A DNA stretch of 64,000 nucleotides from Candidatus Micrarchaeota archaeon (GCA_021803945.1 JAJZKW010000001.1:8517-72516); one strand, 5' to 3'; shown: positions 9,930 to 18,943, numbered from the stretch's first letter. The notes: generated by a model not told the origin, from the letters alone. Numbers and translations: made by a program.

Positions 9930-10850
9930 ATGGGAAGGAAGGTATCGATAATAGGTGCAGGAAAAGTTGGCGCCACCACTGCGCATCTTATCGCGCTGAA
10001 GGGGTTGGCAGACGTGGTCATAGTCAACAGGACAGCAGGCACGGCACAAGGGATTGCGCTCGACATAAGGGAGGGGATGCCGATAGAGGGATTGGACGTC
10101 AATGTTGCAGGTAGCGGGGATTACAGCGCGATAGCCGGAAGCGACATAGTGGTCGTGACTGCAGGTGCCCAGCGGAAGGAGGGCATGTCTAGGGATGACC
10201 TCCTCAAGATAAATTCGCAGATAGTCTCAGAAGCGGCAGGCGCAATAAAGCAGCACGCTCCAGACAGCATAGTCATAGTGGTCACAAACCCACTGGATGC
10301 CATGGCTTATCTGATGATGCGTAATACTGGATTCAGCAAAAGCAGGGTAATAGGGATGGCAGGAGCGCTCGACTCATCAAGGTTTGCTGCATTCATAGCC
10401 GAAGAGCTCAGGATAAGCGTAAAGGAGGTGAGCACGATGATACTTGGGAGCCACGGAGACTCGATGGTACCATTGATATCGCAGACTACGGCAAAGGGAG
10501 AGCAGGTGTCCAAACTGATAGAGAAGGAGAAGCTAGACAGGATAATCGCCAGGGCAAGGGACGGAGGAGCAGAGATAATCAAGCTCGAGCAGTCAAGCGC
10601 GTATTATGCCCCTGCTTCGTCAGTAGTAAGCATGGTCGAAGCCGTACTGAAGGACAGCAAGAAGGTAATACCCTGCTCTGCATATCTGGAAGGTGAATAC
10701 GGGCACAGTGGAATATTTCTAGGCGTGCCTGTCATGCTTGGAAGAGGCGGGATAGAGAAGATAATGGTCCTCGAGGTCTCAGACGCGGAGAAGAAGGCGC
10801 TTGATGAGTCTGCATCGAAGATCTCCGCCATGATCTCGCAGATAGGCTGA
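9930..10850 (+). CDS. mdh: Malate dehydrogenase (LDH-like, NAD-dependent)
   Basis: 'KVSIIGAGKVGATTA' Rossmann motif, 'VVVTAGAQRKEGMSRDDL', 'GSHGDSMVP'. Start chosen at 'MGRKVSIIGAG'. Divergent from gltA. Confidence 0.9.
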   Translation: MGRKVSIIGAGKVGATTAHLIALKGLADVVIVNRTAGTAQGIALDIREGMPIEGLDVNVAGSGDYSAIAGSDIVVVTAGAQRKEGMSRDDLLKINSQIVSEAAGAIKQHAPDSIVIVVTNPLDAMAYLMMRNTGFSKSRVIGMAGALDSSRFAAFIAEELRISVKEVSTMILGSHGDSMVPLISQTTAKGEQVSKLIEKEKLDRIIARARDGGAEIIKLEQSSAYYAPASSVVSMVEAVLKDSKKVIPCSAYLEGEYGHSGIFLGVPVMLGRGGIEKIMVLEVSDAEKKALDESASKISAMISQIG

Positions 10851-10868
10851 CTGCAGGATTCATTCGGC

Positions 10869-11666
10869 TCAAGTTACTGATATTGCATTTGAAGCTGACT
10901 GTCCAGCGAAGCTCGCTATGACATTGTACGACCCTGCTTCACTGGATGAGAAATAAGAGGTAGAGTTGCCGCCATGGTCTGTCAGCGAGTACAGCGGCGA
11001 GATTGTCGTGTACGCAGGCGAATTCGTAGAGAATGAGACAAGCGCGCTAGGTGCAGGCATGCCGAGTATTGTTACGTGCGCGGTGAAAAGGACAGGAGTG
11101 CCCGTGCCTATCGTGTTTGCAGCCTCATAGAGCACTATGTTCACTGGTATGCCGTTGGAAACCCCTCCAACATAACTGCTGAAGTTTCCATCATAGGTGA
11201 TAGGCCTGGAAGACTGGCAGTCCTGAATATTGCCGAGCAGGCATATCGATGAGCTGAGTGATATCTTGCCGCTTACCTGCAGGGATGTCGGTATGGCCTT
11301 GCTGAGCGACGCGCTGCATAATACCACTCCTCCACCTATAATGTTAGCAGGGCTGCAATTTGCAGTCGCGCTGCCGTATCCAGGTATATCCAGAGTTCCA
11401 TAGGTGGGTCCAACAAGATTGTATTGCTGCGAATTTACAATGATAAAGCTTATGGAATTCGAGGACATAGTATTGGGCCCTATTATTATCCCCCTGCAAG
11501 TTATCCCGTACGGGAAGTAGCATCTCGGAGGGACCAGGGCCTGCGGTATGCTTAGGAAATACGCGAATATGCCGATCGCAATGGCTATTATGACAAGCGC
11601 CCAGGCGTAGGTTATCATGAACTCCATTGCTGCCTGGGCTCTTTGCGGATTCTCCATATCCAACAT
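10869..11666 (-). CDS. Secreted protein with archaeal class III (type IV pilin-like) signal peptide
   Basis: The N-terminus 'QRAQAAMEFMITYAWALVIIAIAIGIFAYF' matches the archaeal prepilin pattern (charged, Q/A cleavage region, E, then a hydrophobic helix). The remainder is Ser/Gly/Thr-rich and extracellular-like. Confidence 0.6.
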   Translation of the reverse strand: MLDMENPQRAQAAMEFMITYAWALVIIAIAIGIFAYFLSIPQALVPPRCYFPYGITCRGIIIGPNTMSSNSISFIIVNSQQYNLVGPTYGTLDIPGYGSATANCSPANIIGGGVVLCSASLSKAIPTSLQVSGKISLSSSICLLGNIQDCQSSRPITYDGNFSSYVGGVSNGIPVNIVLYEAANTIGTGTPVLFTAHVTILGMPAPSALVSFSTNSPAYTTISPLYSLTDHGGNSTSYFSSSEAGSYNVIASFAGQSASNAISVT

Positions 11667-11795
11667 CGATACAGAGTCTTATTTGAAGGTTAAGTTATAA
11701 ATCCGTATCTGGGCCGCATTGGCATGACGTGCAGCCCAAAGCGAACGGATATATTGGTTAATGCTGCAATTATATATGACCTCAAAGGAGATGCC

Positions 11796-13967
11796 ATGAG
11801 CTTATCGAAATTGTCAGGAATCGGCTTCACAGCTCTGAAGAGCAACTTCACGCACCTGGACAGGCCGTACAAACTGACCTTTTCGATTACCTATGGCTGC
11901 CAGAGTAGATGCGTTACGTGCGTTAAGCCAGACGAGGTTATTCTGGGAGACAATACTCCCATTTCAAACCTGCGGATTGGTAGCCATGCTGTGGGATGTT
12001 CAGGGTTGAATGAAATCTCGCAAACATCTTCAAGATCTTATTCCGGAAGGCTCTTTAGAATAAAGGCATCAGGTCTGTTGCCAATAGAAATTACCCCAGA
12101 ACATCCACTGCTTATAATGAGTTCAAGAACCACAAGGCATTCTGAAAGCTCTGCAGGAAATAGTAAATATTATCGCAACTATAATTTCGGAAAACCCACC
12201 TGGAAAGAAGCGAAGGATGTTGTTAAAAAGGGGACTGATACAGATGGTGATTATCTCTGTACTCCTATCATACAAAGAACCATTAAAACTAAAGAAATAG
12301 ATCTGAAGCCATTTAACAGAGGTAGAGGTGTTGCCATATCAAAAGCAAAGGGATATTCACTCAGTTTCCCATTAGATACTGAAACGGCATGGCTTTTAGG
12401 GATTTATGTTGCAGAAGGCTGCCCAGCGTCTAACGGCGCGCGATTCAACTTTAATGTAACAGAAATAAATCTCCATGCAAGAGTGGAAAAAATTGCAAAT
12501 CAGTTAGGCTATTCCATAACTAAAACAGAGAAAAACAACTGCACAACCTGTTGTCTAAGCTCGCATGTTCTTTCGAGAGCATTTGTAGAATGGTGTGGGA
12601 AAGGTGCGTTGAACAAAAAAATACCCGACTTTATTCTATTTAACAATGACGAATCGATACTTAGAGCGTTTCTAAAAGGTTGGGAGGAGGGAGACGGATA
12701 CTGGCGCGGTGATGATTTAATAGGGTCTACAATATCAAAAACTCTTGCCTTGCAGCTTCAGCTTGCTTATGCTTCGATAGGCATCATGGCAAACGTATCC
12801 TTTGTAAAGAAGGAAGGAATGCATATGTTTTATGATAAGCCAATACACAACCATGACGTATATGTGATTAAATATTCAAAAAATCCAGGCATAAGCTATT
12901 CTAGACGCGTAGGCAATTACTATGTGCGGCCGATAAGAAGCGTAAGTGATATCCAGTATAACGGAACAGTGCACAATATAGAAACCAGCGACAATACCTA
13001 CTTAGTATCAAACGCAGTAGTGCACAATTGCAATATATGGCAGATAAAACCAACCGGCGAGCTTGACCTGCGCGAAATACGCGCGTTTGCAGAGAAGAAC
13101 CCTTACTTTAAATGGATAGAGATAACCGGCGGCGAGCCTTTCCTGAGAAGCGACCTGGTTGACATAGTCAGGGCGTTTGCAGAAAGCTCGAAAGGCCTGT
13201 ATGTGCTTACAATGCCTACAAACTCATTATGCAGGCTTGAGTCTGAATCTGAAAGGATCGAGGAGATATTGAAGCTCGGAATCCCGAAAGTGTCCATAAC
13301 GCTCAGCCTTGACGGATACGGGGAGCTGCACGACAAGATACGCGGCATACCCGGCAACTTCGCCAGGGTGATGGCAATGGCAAAGAAGCTCAAGGAGATG
13401 CAGGCACGCTACAAGAATCTCTTCTTCGTCTTCGGATACACCATGAGCAAGTTCAATGAGGGCAGGTTGATAGAGACGGTAGAGGCTGTGAAAAAGGACT
13501 TTCCATGGGTCTCATACAACAATTTCCACGTGAACGCAGGACAGGTATCTGAAATATACTACCAGAATTCAGAGATGAGCATAAAGCCTGAGGCTACCGT
13601 ATTCTCCAAAGAGCTACGGGAATTCATAAGAAGAAGGAAATTTGAGCTAGGCGCTATACCTATAATAGAGTCAGCGTTCCTCAGGAAGCTTGATTATTAT
13701 GTAAAGACAGGGAGACCTCCGATGAAGGGCCGCAGCCTTGACGCATCCCTCTTCCTAGACAGCTACGGGAATGTCTATCCGTCAATAATGTGGGGCAGGA
13801 AGATAGGCAACATAAGGGAAGTCGATTATGACCTTTCAAGGCTGTGGCTAAACGCAGAGGCCCAGGAGGCCAGGAAGCTGATAAGGGAAGGCAAGGAGCC
13901 AAGGGCGTGGACTGCATGCGAGGCATATCAGACCCTTGTCGGGAATATAGGAAGCCTGTTTATTTAG
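11796..13967 (+). CDS. Radical SAM protein interrupted by an intein
   Basis: N-extein '...ITYGCQSRCVT' plus C-extein 'CNIWQIKPTGE...ITGGEPFLRSD' reconstitutes the CxxxCxxC and GGEP radical-SAM motifs. Start taken at ATG 11796 (MSLSKLSG). Confidence 0.85.
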   Translation: MSLSKLSGIGFTALKSNFTHLDRPYKLTFSITYGCQSRCVTCVKPDEVILGDNTPISNLRIGSHAVGCSGLNEISQTSSRSYSGRLFRIKASGLLPIEITPEHPLLIMSSRTTRHSESSAGNSKYYRNYNFGKPTWKEAKDVVKKGTDTDGDYLCTPIIQRTIKTKEIDLKPFNRGRGVAISKAKGYSLSFPLDTETAWLLGIYVAEGCPASNGARFNFNVTEINLHARVEKIANQLGYSITKTEKNNCTTCCLSSHVLSRAFVEWCGKGALNKKIPDFILFNNDESILRAFLKGWEEGDGYWRGDDLIGSTISKTLALQLQLAYASIGIMANVSFVKKEGMHMFYDKPIHNHDVYVIKYSKNPGISYSRRVGNYYVRPIRSVSDIQYNGTVHNIETSDNTYLVSNAVVHNCNIWQIKPTGELDLREIRAFAEKNPYFKWIEITGGEPFLRSDLVDIVRAFAESSKGLYVLTMPTNSLCRLESESERIEEILKLGIPKVSITLSLDGYGELHDKIRGIPGNFARVMAMAKKLKEMQARYKNLFFVFGYTMSKFNEGRLIETVEAVKKDFPWVSYNNFHVNAGQVSEIYYQNSEMSIKPEATVFSKELREFIRRRKFELGAIPIIESAFLRKLDYYVKTGRPPMKGRSLDASLFLDSYGNVYPSIMWGRKIGNIREVDYDLSRLWLNAEAQEARKLIREGKEPRAWTACEAYQTLVGNIGSLFI
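11919..13028 (+). mobile_element. Class 1 intein with LAGLIDADG homing endonuclease (370 aa)
   Basis: Cys1 'CVKPDEVILGDN' (block A), 'ITPEHPLLI' (block B, TxxH), 'LLGIYVAEGC' and 'FLKGWEEGDGYW' (two LAGLIDADG motifs), terminal 'NAVVHN' followed by Cys+1. More A+T-rich than the flanking exteins. Confidence 0.8.
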
Positions 13968-14032
13968 TATGGCAATTTCATGTAGCGAATCTTATAGAAA
14001 AGTATAAGAATCTATACATAAAATATCAAACT

Positions 14033-14614
14033 ATGAGAGTGCAGGAAGTCATAAAAGAGCTAAAGCTTAATGGGCTATCTGTCTTCAATGTCAATGATGT
14101 TTCAAGAATCACAGGAAAGGGCAAAAACTATCTCTATCTACTGCTATCAAAAAGCAGACTAGTGGCAAGAGCACAGAATGGCGTATATTATCTGCCCGAT
14201 ACGGATCCTATGGAAGTAGCCTCTTATATTGCAACTCCTTCTTACATAAGCCTCATATCTGCATTTGGATACTATAAACTTATAGACCAGATACCAAACG
14301 TAGTTAAGGTAATCACAACAAAGAGGCACGGAGAGATGGAGAAAGTGCAGGGCACAAGGATAGTATTCAAGACCACAAAGAGAGAAATGCTCTACGGTTA
14401 TCATAGGGAGCACAACATTTCAATAGCCGATATAGAAAAAGCAGTGGTTGATTCCATATACTTTAATGAAGATATTCGCTATATCAAAGAAGTAATCAAA
14501 AACGGCATCAAGGCTGGCATATTTGACCTAGGCAAGCTAGAAGTGTATGCCAAAACCAGCAGGTCCAAGAGTCTTTTAGAGAAAGTGAATGGCGTGTTAA
14601 GGGTAGTTAAGTGA
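14033..14614 (+). CDS. AbiEi-like antitoxin / transcriptional regulator (type IV TA)
   Basis: About 193 aa from ATG 14033 (MRVQEVIKELK...FNVNDVSRITG, wHTH-like). It overlaps the downstream AbiEii gene by 4 nt. The ORF-track N-terminal extension overlaps the radical SAM gene and is rejected. Confidence 0.65.
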   Translation: MRVQEVIKELKLNGLSVFNVNDVSRITGKGKNYLYLLLSKSRLVARAQNGVYYLPDTDPMEVASYIATPSYISLISAFGYYKLIDQIPNVVKVITTKRHGEMEKVQGTRIVFKTTKREMLYGYHREHNISIADIEKAVVDSIYFNEDIRYIKEVIKNGIKAGIFDLGKLEVYAKTSRSKSLLEKVNGVLRVVK

Positions 14615-15375
14615 TTGGCAGAGATGCAATATTGGAATATTCACGCAGGAAGCGTGTCAATCCTTTCTGGATAGAGAATGACTATCTTCAGTACATAGTG
14701 CTTATGGAACTGTACAAAGAATTTTCTAACGAGCTTGTCTTCAAAGGAGGTACAGCCCTGCAAAAAGTGTACGGACTTGAAAGGCTGTCGAGGGACCTCG
14801 ATTTCAACCTGCAAGGCATTGAGCCAGGACCCAAATTAGAAAGGTCTACAAGAGGCATCAACGATTATTACAAGGCTTCTTGCAGAGGGCCAGAGAAATT
14901 GAAGCACGGATTGAGTTTCATGTTTTATATCAACAGCCCTTCGTACGAAGCAACTGGCAGACAGCACCAGATGCCAATCACATTTAATCTTGAGGAAAAA
15001 GTCATGTTAAAACCAATGTTCAAGACCATCAATCCCGGAGCGATCTATCGCGATCCCGATCTTCACACATATTCGCTGTTAGCCATGGACGAGTCTGAGA
15101 TACTGGCAGAGAAGGTAAGGGCAGCGATGACGCGAAAGGATACAGAACCTCGGGATTTCTATGACATCTGGTTCATGCTAAACAAAGGGGTGCCGCTTGA
15201 CATGGCAATGGTAAGCAAAAAACTTAATTTTGCACACAGTGTATTCTCAATCGCCTATTTCAGATCTAGGCTACGTGGCGTGAAAGAAAATTGGAAGCAG
15301 GACCTAGGTCCTTTAATAGACCCGCTGCCTGAATATGGCGAAGTAGCAAAATATATAATTCATCAATTCAAATGA
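14611..15375 (+). CDS. AbiEii/AbiGii family nucleotidyltransferase toxin
   Basis: 'VFKGGTALQKVYG..RLSRDLDF' is the hallmark NTase motif of DUF1814/AbiEii. GTG start overlaps the upstream stop (GTGA). Confidence 0.8.
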   Translation: MIGRDAILEYSRRKRVNPFWIENDYLQYIVLMELYKEFSNELVFKGGTALQKVYGLERLSRDLDFNLQGIEPGPKLERSTRGINDYYKASCRGPEKLKHGLSFMFYINSPSYEATGRQHQMPITFNLEEKVMLKPMFKTINPGAIYRDPDLHTYSLLAMDESEILAEKVRAAMTRKDTEPRDFYDIWFMLNKGVPLDMAMVSKKLNFAHSVFSIAYFRSRLRGVKENWKQDLGPLIDPLPEYGEVAKYIIHQFK

Positions 15376-15379
15376 ACAT

Positions 15380-17101
15380 GTGAAAAATATGTACATACTT
15401 GGGATTTGGGATGGTCATGATTCCGGAGCTGCGCTAATACGGGACGGCAGGATAATATTTGCATCAAACGAGGAAAGGTACACGAAGAGGAAGCTTGAAG
15501 TCAGCTTCCCGCGCAACGCGATAAACGCAGCGCTCAAGTATGGGAAAATAAGGTCCGGAGATGTAGAGGTTATAGCATTTCCTACCACCGAACTCGCAAA
15601 GACCGTGTCAAGAATATTTCCAACGCAGAAGGAGGCGTACTACAGGTTCAGGAGGAGGAAGATGCTCAAGCCCAGGACAGAAGGGCTCATGCATTATTCA
15701 AAATACGCGCTTACCACGATAGGCAGGCTTCCGTTTTGCGGCGAGATAAGCAGGCACGCAGTATCAGCGGAGTTGAAGGGCCTTGGCTTCGAAAACCCGA
15801 ATGTTGTTGCTGTAGACCACCACCAGGCCCATGCTGCCACTGCGGCCTTTACCTCCGGGTTGGGCGACCAGCTCGTGATCACGCTGGACGGCATAGGCGA
15901 CGGAGCATCAGGATCGGTAAGCGTCATGGAAGGCGGCGAGCTGGAGAGGAAGATCACCATACCTGGCAGGGATTCCGTAGGCATATTCTATGAGCAGGTA
16001 ACGAACATACTCGGCATGAGGGAACTTGAGGACGAAGGGAAGATAATGGCGATGGCCGATTATTCCTTCTCATTCGATTTCAGCAGGAACAAGCTCAAGG
16101 ATTTCTTTTCTGTCGAAGGAGTGGAGATAAAGGCAAAGTATGGGCCACTGAAGCAGTATGATATGCTGAACAGGATCGCATGGGGAACCCCGAGGGAGCA
16201 GTTCGCATACATGGCACAGCAGGTCCTTGAAAATACAGTGACAAGTTTCGTATCCAACGCCATTGATGAATACGGCATCCATGATGTATCATTCTCTGGC
16301 GGAGTGATGTCAAACATAAAGGCAAATATGAAGGTTAGGATGATGGACAAGCTGAAGAGGTGGTATATCTTCCCCCATATGGGAGACGGCGGCATTGCAC
16401 TGGGTGCTGCGATGGCGGTGAACTACACCACGAACGGAATCTCATCGTACGAGTTCAACGATTCATACTTGGGAGAAAGCTACGACGAATCCCATATACT
16501 GAAGGCGTTGAAAAAGGAAAAAGGGCTGGAGTTTGAGTACGAGAAGAGAAAAGATTCGCATGCCGCTGAGATAATAGAGTCCAATCATTATATACTCTGG
16601 TTCCAGGGGCGGATGGAATATGGCCCAAGGGCGCTCGGAAACCGGAGCATAGTGGGAGATGCAGGGTCTGACAAGGTAAAAGACATGCTTAACCTGTATG
16701 TGAAACAGAGGGAATGGTACCAGCCGTTTGCGCCTTCCATGCTTGAGGAAGAGTCAAAAAAGCTCCTTGAAGATGTTAAGGGTACGGACAGGTTCATGAC
16801 AATGGGATATGCCGTAAAGCCTTCCAGGATAAAAGAGATGAAATCCGTTGTGCATGTGGATATGACCGCAAGGCCGCAGATGGTTGGAGGCGAGAACAGG
16901 GAATACAGGGACCTGATTGCAAGGGTGAAGAGGAACTCAGGATACGGCGTGGTGCTCAACACCAGCTTCAACATCCACGGCATGCCCATAGTCGCTTCCC
17001 CCGAGGACGCGATAGACACAATGAAGAAAACTAATTCGAGGTACATGTTCATAGGGGGCTACTTCGTAGAGAACAGTGGCGCGAGGGGTCAAAGGGCATG
17101 A
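15380..17101 (+). CDS. Carbamoyltransferase (NodU/CmcH family)
   Basis: 'MYILGIWDGHDSGAALIRDGRIIFASNEERYTKRK', 'VDHHQAHAATA', C-terminal 'VLNTSFNIHGMPIV'. Confidence 0.9.
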   Translation: MKNMYILGIWDGHDSGAALIRDGRIIFASNEERYTKRKLEVSFPRNAINAALKYGKIRSGDVEVIAFPTTELAKTVSRIFPTQKEAYYRFRRRKMLKPRTEGLMHYSKYALTTIGRLPFCGEISRHAVSAELKGLGFENPNVVAVDHHQAHAATAAFTSGLGDQLVITLDGIGDGASGSVSVMEGGELERKITIPGRDSVGIFYEQVTNILGMRELEDEGKIMAMADYSFSFDFSRNKLKDFFSVEGVEIKAKYGPLKQYDMLNRIAWGTPREQFAYMAQQVLENTVTSFVSNAIDEYGIHDVSFSGGVMSNIKANMKVRMMDKLKRWYIFPHMGDGGIALGAAMAVNYTTNGISSYEFNDSYLGESYDESHILKALKKEKGLEFEYEKRKDSHAAEIIESNHYILWFQGRMEYGPRALGNRSIVGDAGSDKVKDMLNLYVKQREWYQPFAPSMLEEESKKLLEDVKGTDRFMTMGYAVKPSRIKEMKSVVHVDMTARPQMVGGENREYRDLIARVKRNSGYGVVLNTSFNIHGMPIVASPEDAIDTMKKTNSRYMFIGGYFVENSGARGQRA

Positions 17102-18231
17102 AAATAGCATTTGCATACGATGCGCCGTATCCATGGCATGTCGGCGGCATAGAATCAATGAACTACAACGAAGCAGCTGAGCTTGCAAAAGAAAACGACG
17201 TGCACTACTTCACAATGAAATGGCCTGGGATGGAGAGCAGCTTCGCGAAAGACAGGATAATGTACCATGCATGGCATGAAACAAGCCAGGCAAGGCTGTA
17301 CAGGCATGGGCGCAGGTCGATACGCGAAGCTGCATTCTATGCGCTCTCGCTTTTCAGGCTGTTCACGCAGAGGTTTGACGCGGTCATAACCAACGCATTT
17401 CCGCTGCTCCACCTGCCGATAGTGAAGCTGTACTGCAAGATCTCAGGGGCAAAGCTAATAGTCGAGGTTGCCGAGGCATGGAACAGGGAATACTGGAAGG
17501 AGTATCTCGGGGCACCACTCGGAACTATCGCATATGCATATTCCAATTTTGCAATCAGGGGCGCAGACTTTTACGTCACAATATCCAGCACCACGACAGA
17601 TAGGCTCGTCGCGCTCGGAGTGGACAGGAAAAAGACGAAGATATTCGCCCCTGCAATCGACAACAAGGCTATAGGAAAAGCGCGCGCGAAGACTGCAAAA
17701 GGCAAGATTGTGCTATTCTCTGGTAGGATGATAAAGGAGAAGAGGATTGACAAGTGGCTTTCTGCTGTCAAGAGGGCCATTGAGATGGACAACGGGATAA
17801 AAGGAATGATAATAGGAAAGGGGCCTGAGCGCAGCGCAATCGAAGCTTCCATAAAGCGCATGGGCCTCTCAGGCAGTGTCTCAGTGCATGATTTCTATAA
17901 AAGCCAGTCTGAACTATATGCCCAGATAAGCAGGTCTGCACTGACGCTGCACATGTCAGAAAGAGAGGGGCTGAGCATAATCGCAATAGAGAGCATAGCT
18001 CTGGGAACGCCTGTGGTGCTTCCATCATACACCCCTCTCCCCAAGGAGGTAAAAGAGATGTGCATAGTTCTCGGCGAAGACAAGATACCATCGAAGATAG
18101 CAGAGATAGCAAGAAGCAGGGACAAGTCGGCATTCATAAGGAACAAGGGCAACATAAACATGTACTCGAAATCAAAGGTAAACGAATTCTATTCAGGGCT
18201 ATTCAAATCGTTGTATGAAGGCGACCAATAG
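17098..18231 (+). CDS. Glycosyltransferase family 4 (GT-B, group 1)
   Basis: 'VLFSGRMIKEKRID' and 'SEREGLSIIAIESIALGTPVV' (EX7E). ATGA overlap with the carbamoyltransferase stop. Confidence 0.85.
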   Translation: MKIAFAYDAPYPWHVGGIESMNYNEAAELAKENDVHYFTMKWPGMESSFAKDRIMYHAWHETSQARLYRHGRRSIREAAFYALSLFRLFTQRFDAVITNAFPLLHLPIVKLYCKISGAKLIVEVAEAWNREYWKEYLGAPLGTIAYAYSNFAIRGADFYVTISSTTTDRLVALGVDRKKTKIFAPAIDNKAIGKARAKTAKGKIVLFSGRMIKEKRIDKWLSAVKRAIEMDNGIKGMIIGKGPERSAIEASIKRMGLSGSVSVHDFYKSQSELYAQISRSALTLHMSEREGLSIIAIESIALGTPVVLPSYTPLPKEVKEMCIVLGEDKIPSKIAEIARSRDKSAFIRNKGNINMYSKSKVNEFYSGLFKSLYEGDQ

Positions 18232-18234
18232 CGT

Positions 18235-18609
18235 CTACACCACCTTTATATTTTTGTTGTTTATTCTTTCGAATTCTCTATCTATAGTTATTAGCTCCTC
18301 GTTGTTAGATATGCACATGCCTGCTATTAATATATCCGAATCGTTTATCAATTTACCTTTCTCCTTAAGCTGTCGGTATATCTGCGCAGAAATGTCTACG
18401 GACTTCTGGTCCAGATAATAAACGTCAAATGCATTCAAAAATTCGTTCAGTATTTTTGTTTCTACAAATTTAGAGCCTTTAATGAGTTCGTACCTGTTTA
18501 TTATTGTAATATAAATTTTCTCCCTATCTAGATATTTTTCAATAAGTTTTACTGCTTTTGGATTTCCATAAAAGTAATTCACTATTACATTTGTATCAAA
18601 TACAACCAC
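18235..18609 (-). CDS. vapC: PIN-domain ribonuclease toxin VapC
   Basis: 'MVVFDTNVIVNYF', later 'NDSDILIAGMC' and 'LITIDREF' acidic PIN residues. Very AT-rich. Confidence 0.85.
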   Translation of the reverse strand: MVVFDTNVIVNYFYGNPKAVKLIEKYLDREKIYITIINRYELIKGSKFVETKILNEFLNAFDVYYLDQKSVDISAQIYRQLKEKGKLINDSDILIAGMCISNNEELITIDREFERINNKNIKVV

Positions 18610-18618
18610 GATAAAAAC

Positions 18619-18858
18619 CTAAAATTGTTTTATATCCCTTCCAAAGTTCCTTCTATCGTTTTCTATTTGAGATAGCCATTCTTTGGCTGCAGAGTTGTCT
18701 ATTATGCCCTTAAACTTCCGCAGATCCTGCCTCTTTCTGATCTCTTCTCCGAGTTTTGCCTTGTCATTCAACAATTCTGTTATTACTTCTGAAAATGATT
18801 CTCTCTTGCCCTTAAGCTGAACTAAGGTATCGTACACCTTATTCGAAACTGATAGCAA
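18619..18858 (-). CDS. vapB: VapB-type antitoxin (archaeal 'KxVYDxLxxLKGxxESFSEVI' family)
   Basis: 79 aa with 'SVSNKVYDTLVQLKGKRESFSEVITELL', immediately upstream of the PIN gene. Confidence 0.7.
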   Translation of the reverse strand: MLSVSNKVYDTLVQLKGKRESFSEVITELLNDKAKLGEEIRKRQDLRKFKGIIDNSAAKEWLSQIENDRRNFGRDIKQF

Positions 18859-18943
18859 TTTGGACAGATAACCACCTTACTATATATATAGCATATACAT
18901 ATATAAAATTATCCCGTACCAGATCTTCAAGGTAATCGGCGGT

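Noticed and set aside
11724-11795. N-terminal extensions proposed by the ORF track for the radical SAM gene. The same applies to AbiEi (13844-14032), the HTH-CBS gene (32126-32434), citrate synthase (9649-9756) and dys (35418-35546).
   Set aside because: The extensions overlap neighbouring genes or promoters and lack similarity to the conserved N-termini. Internal ATG codons give family-typical starts.
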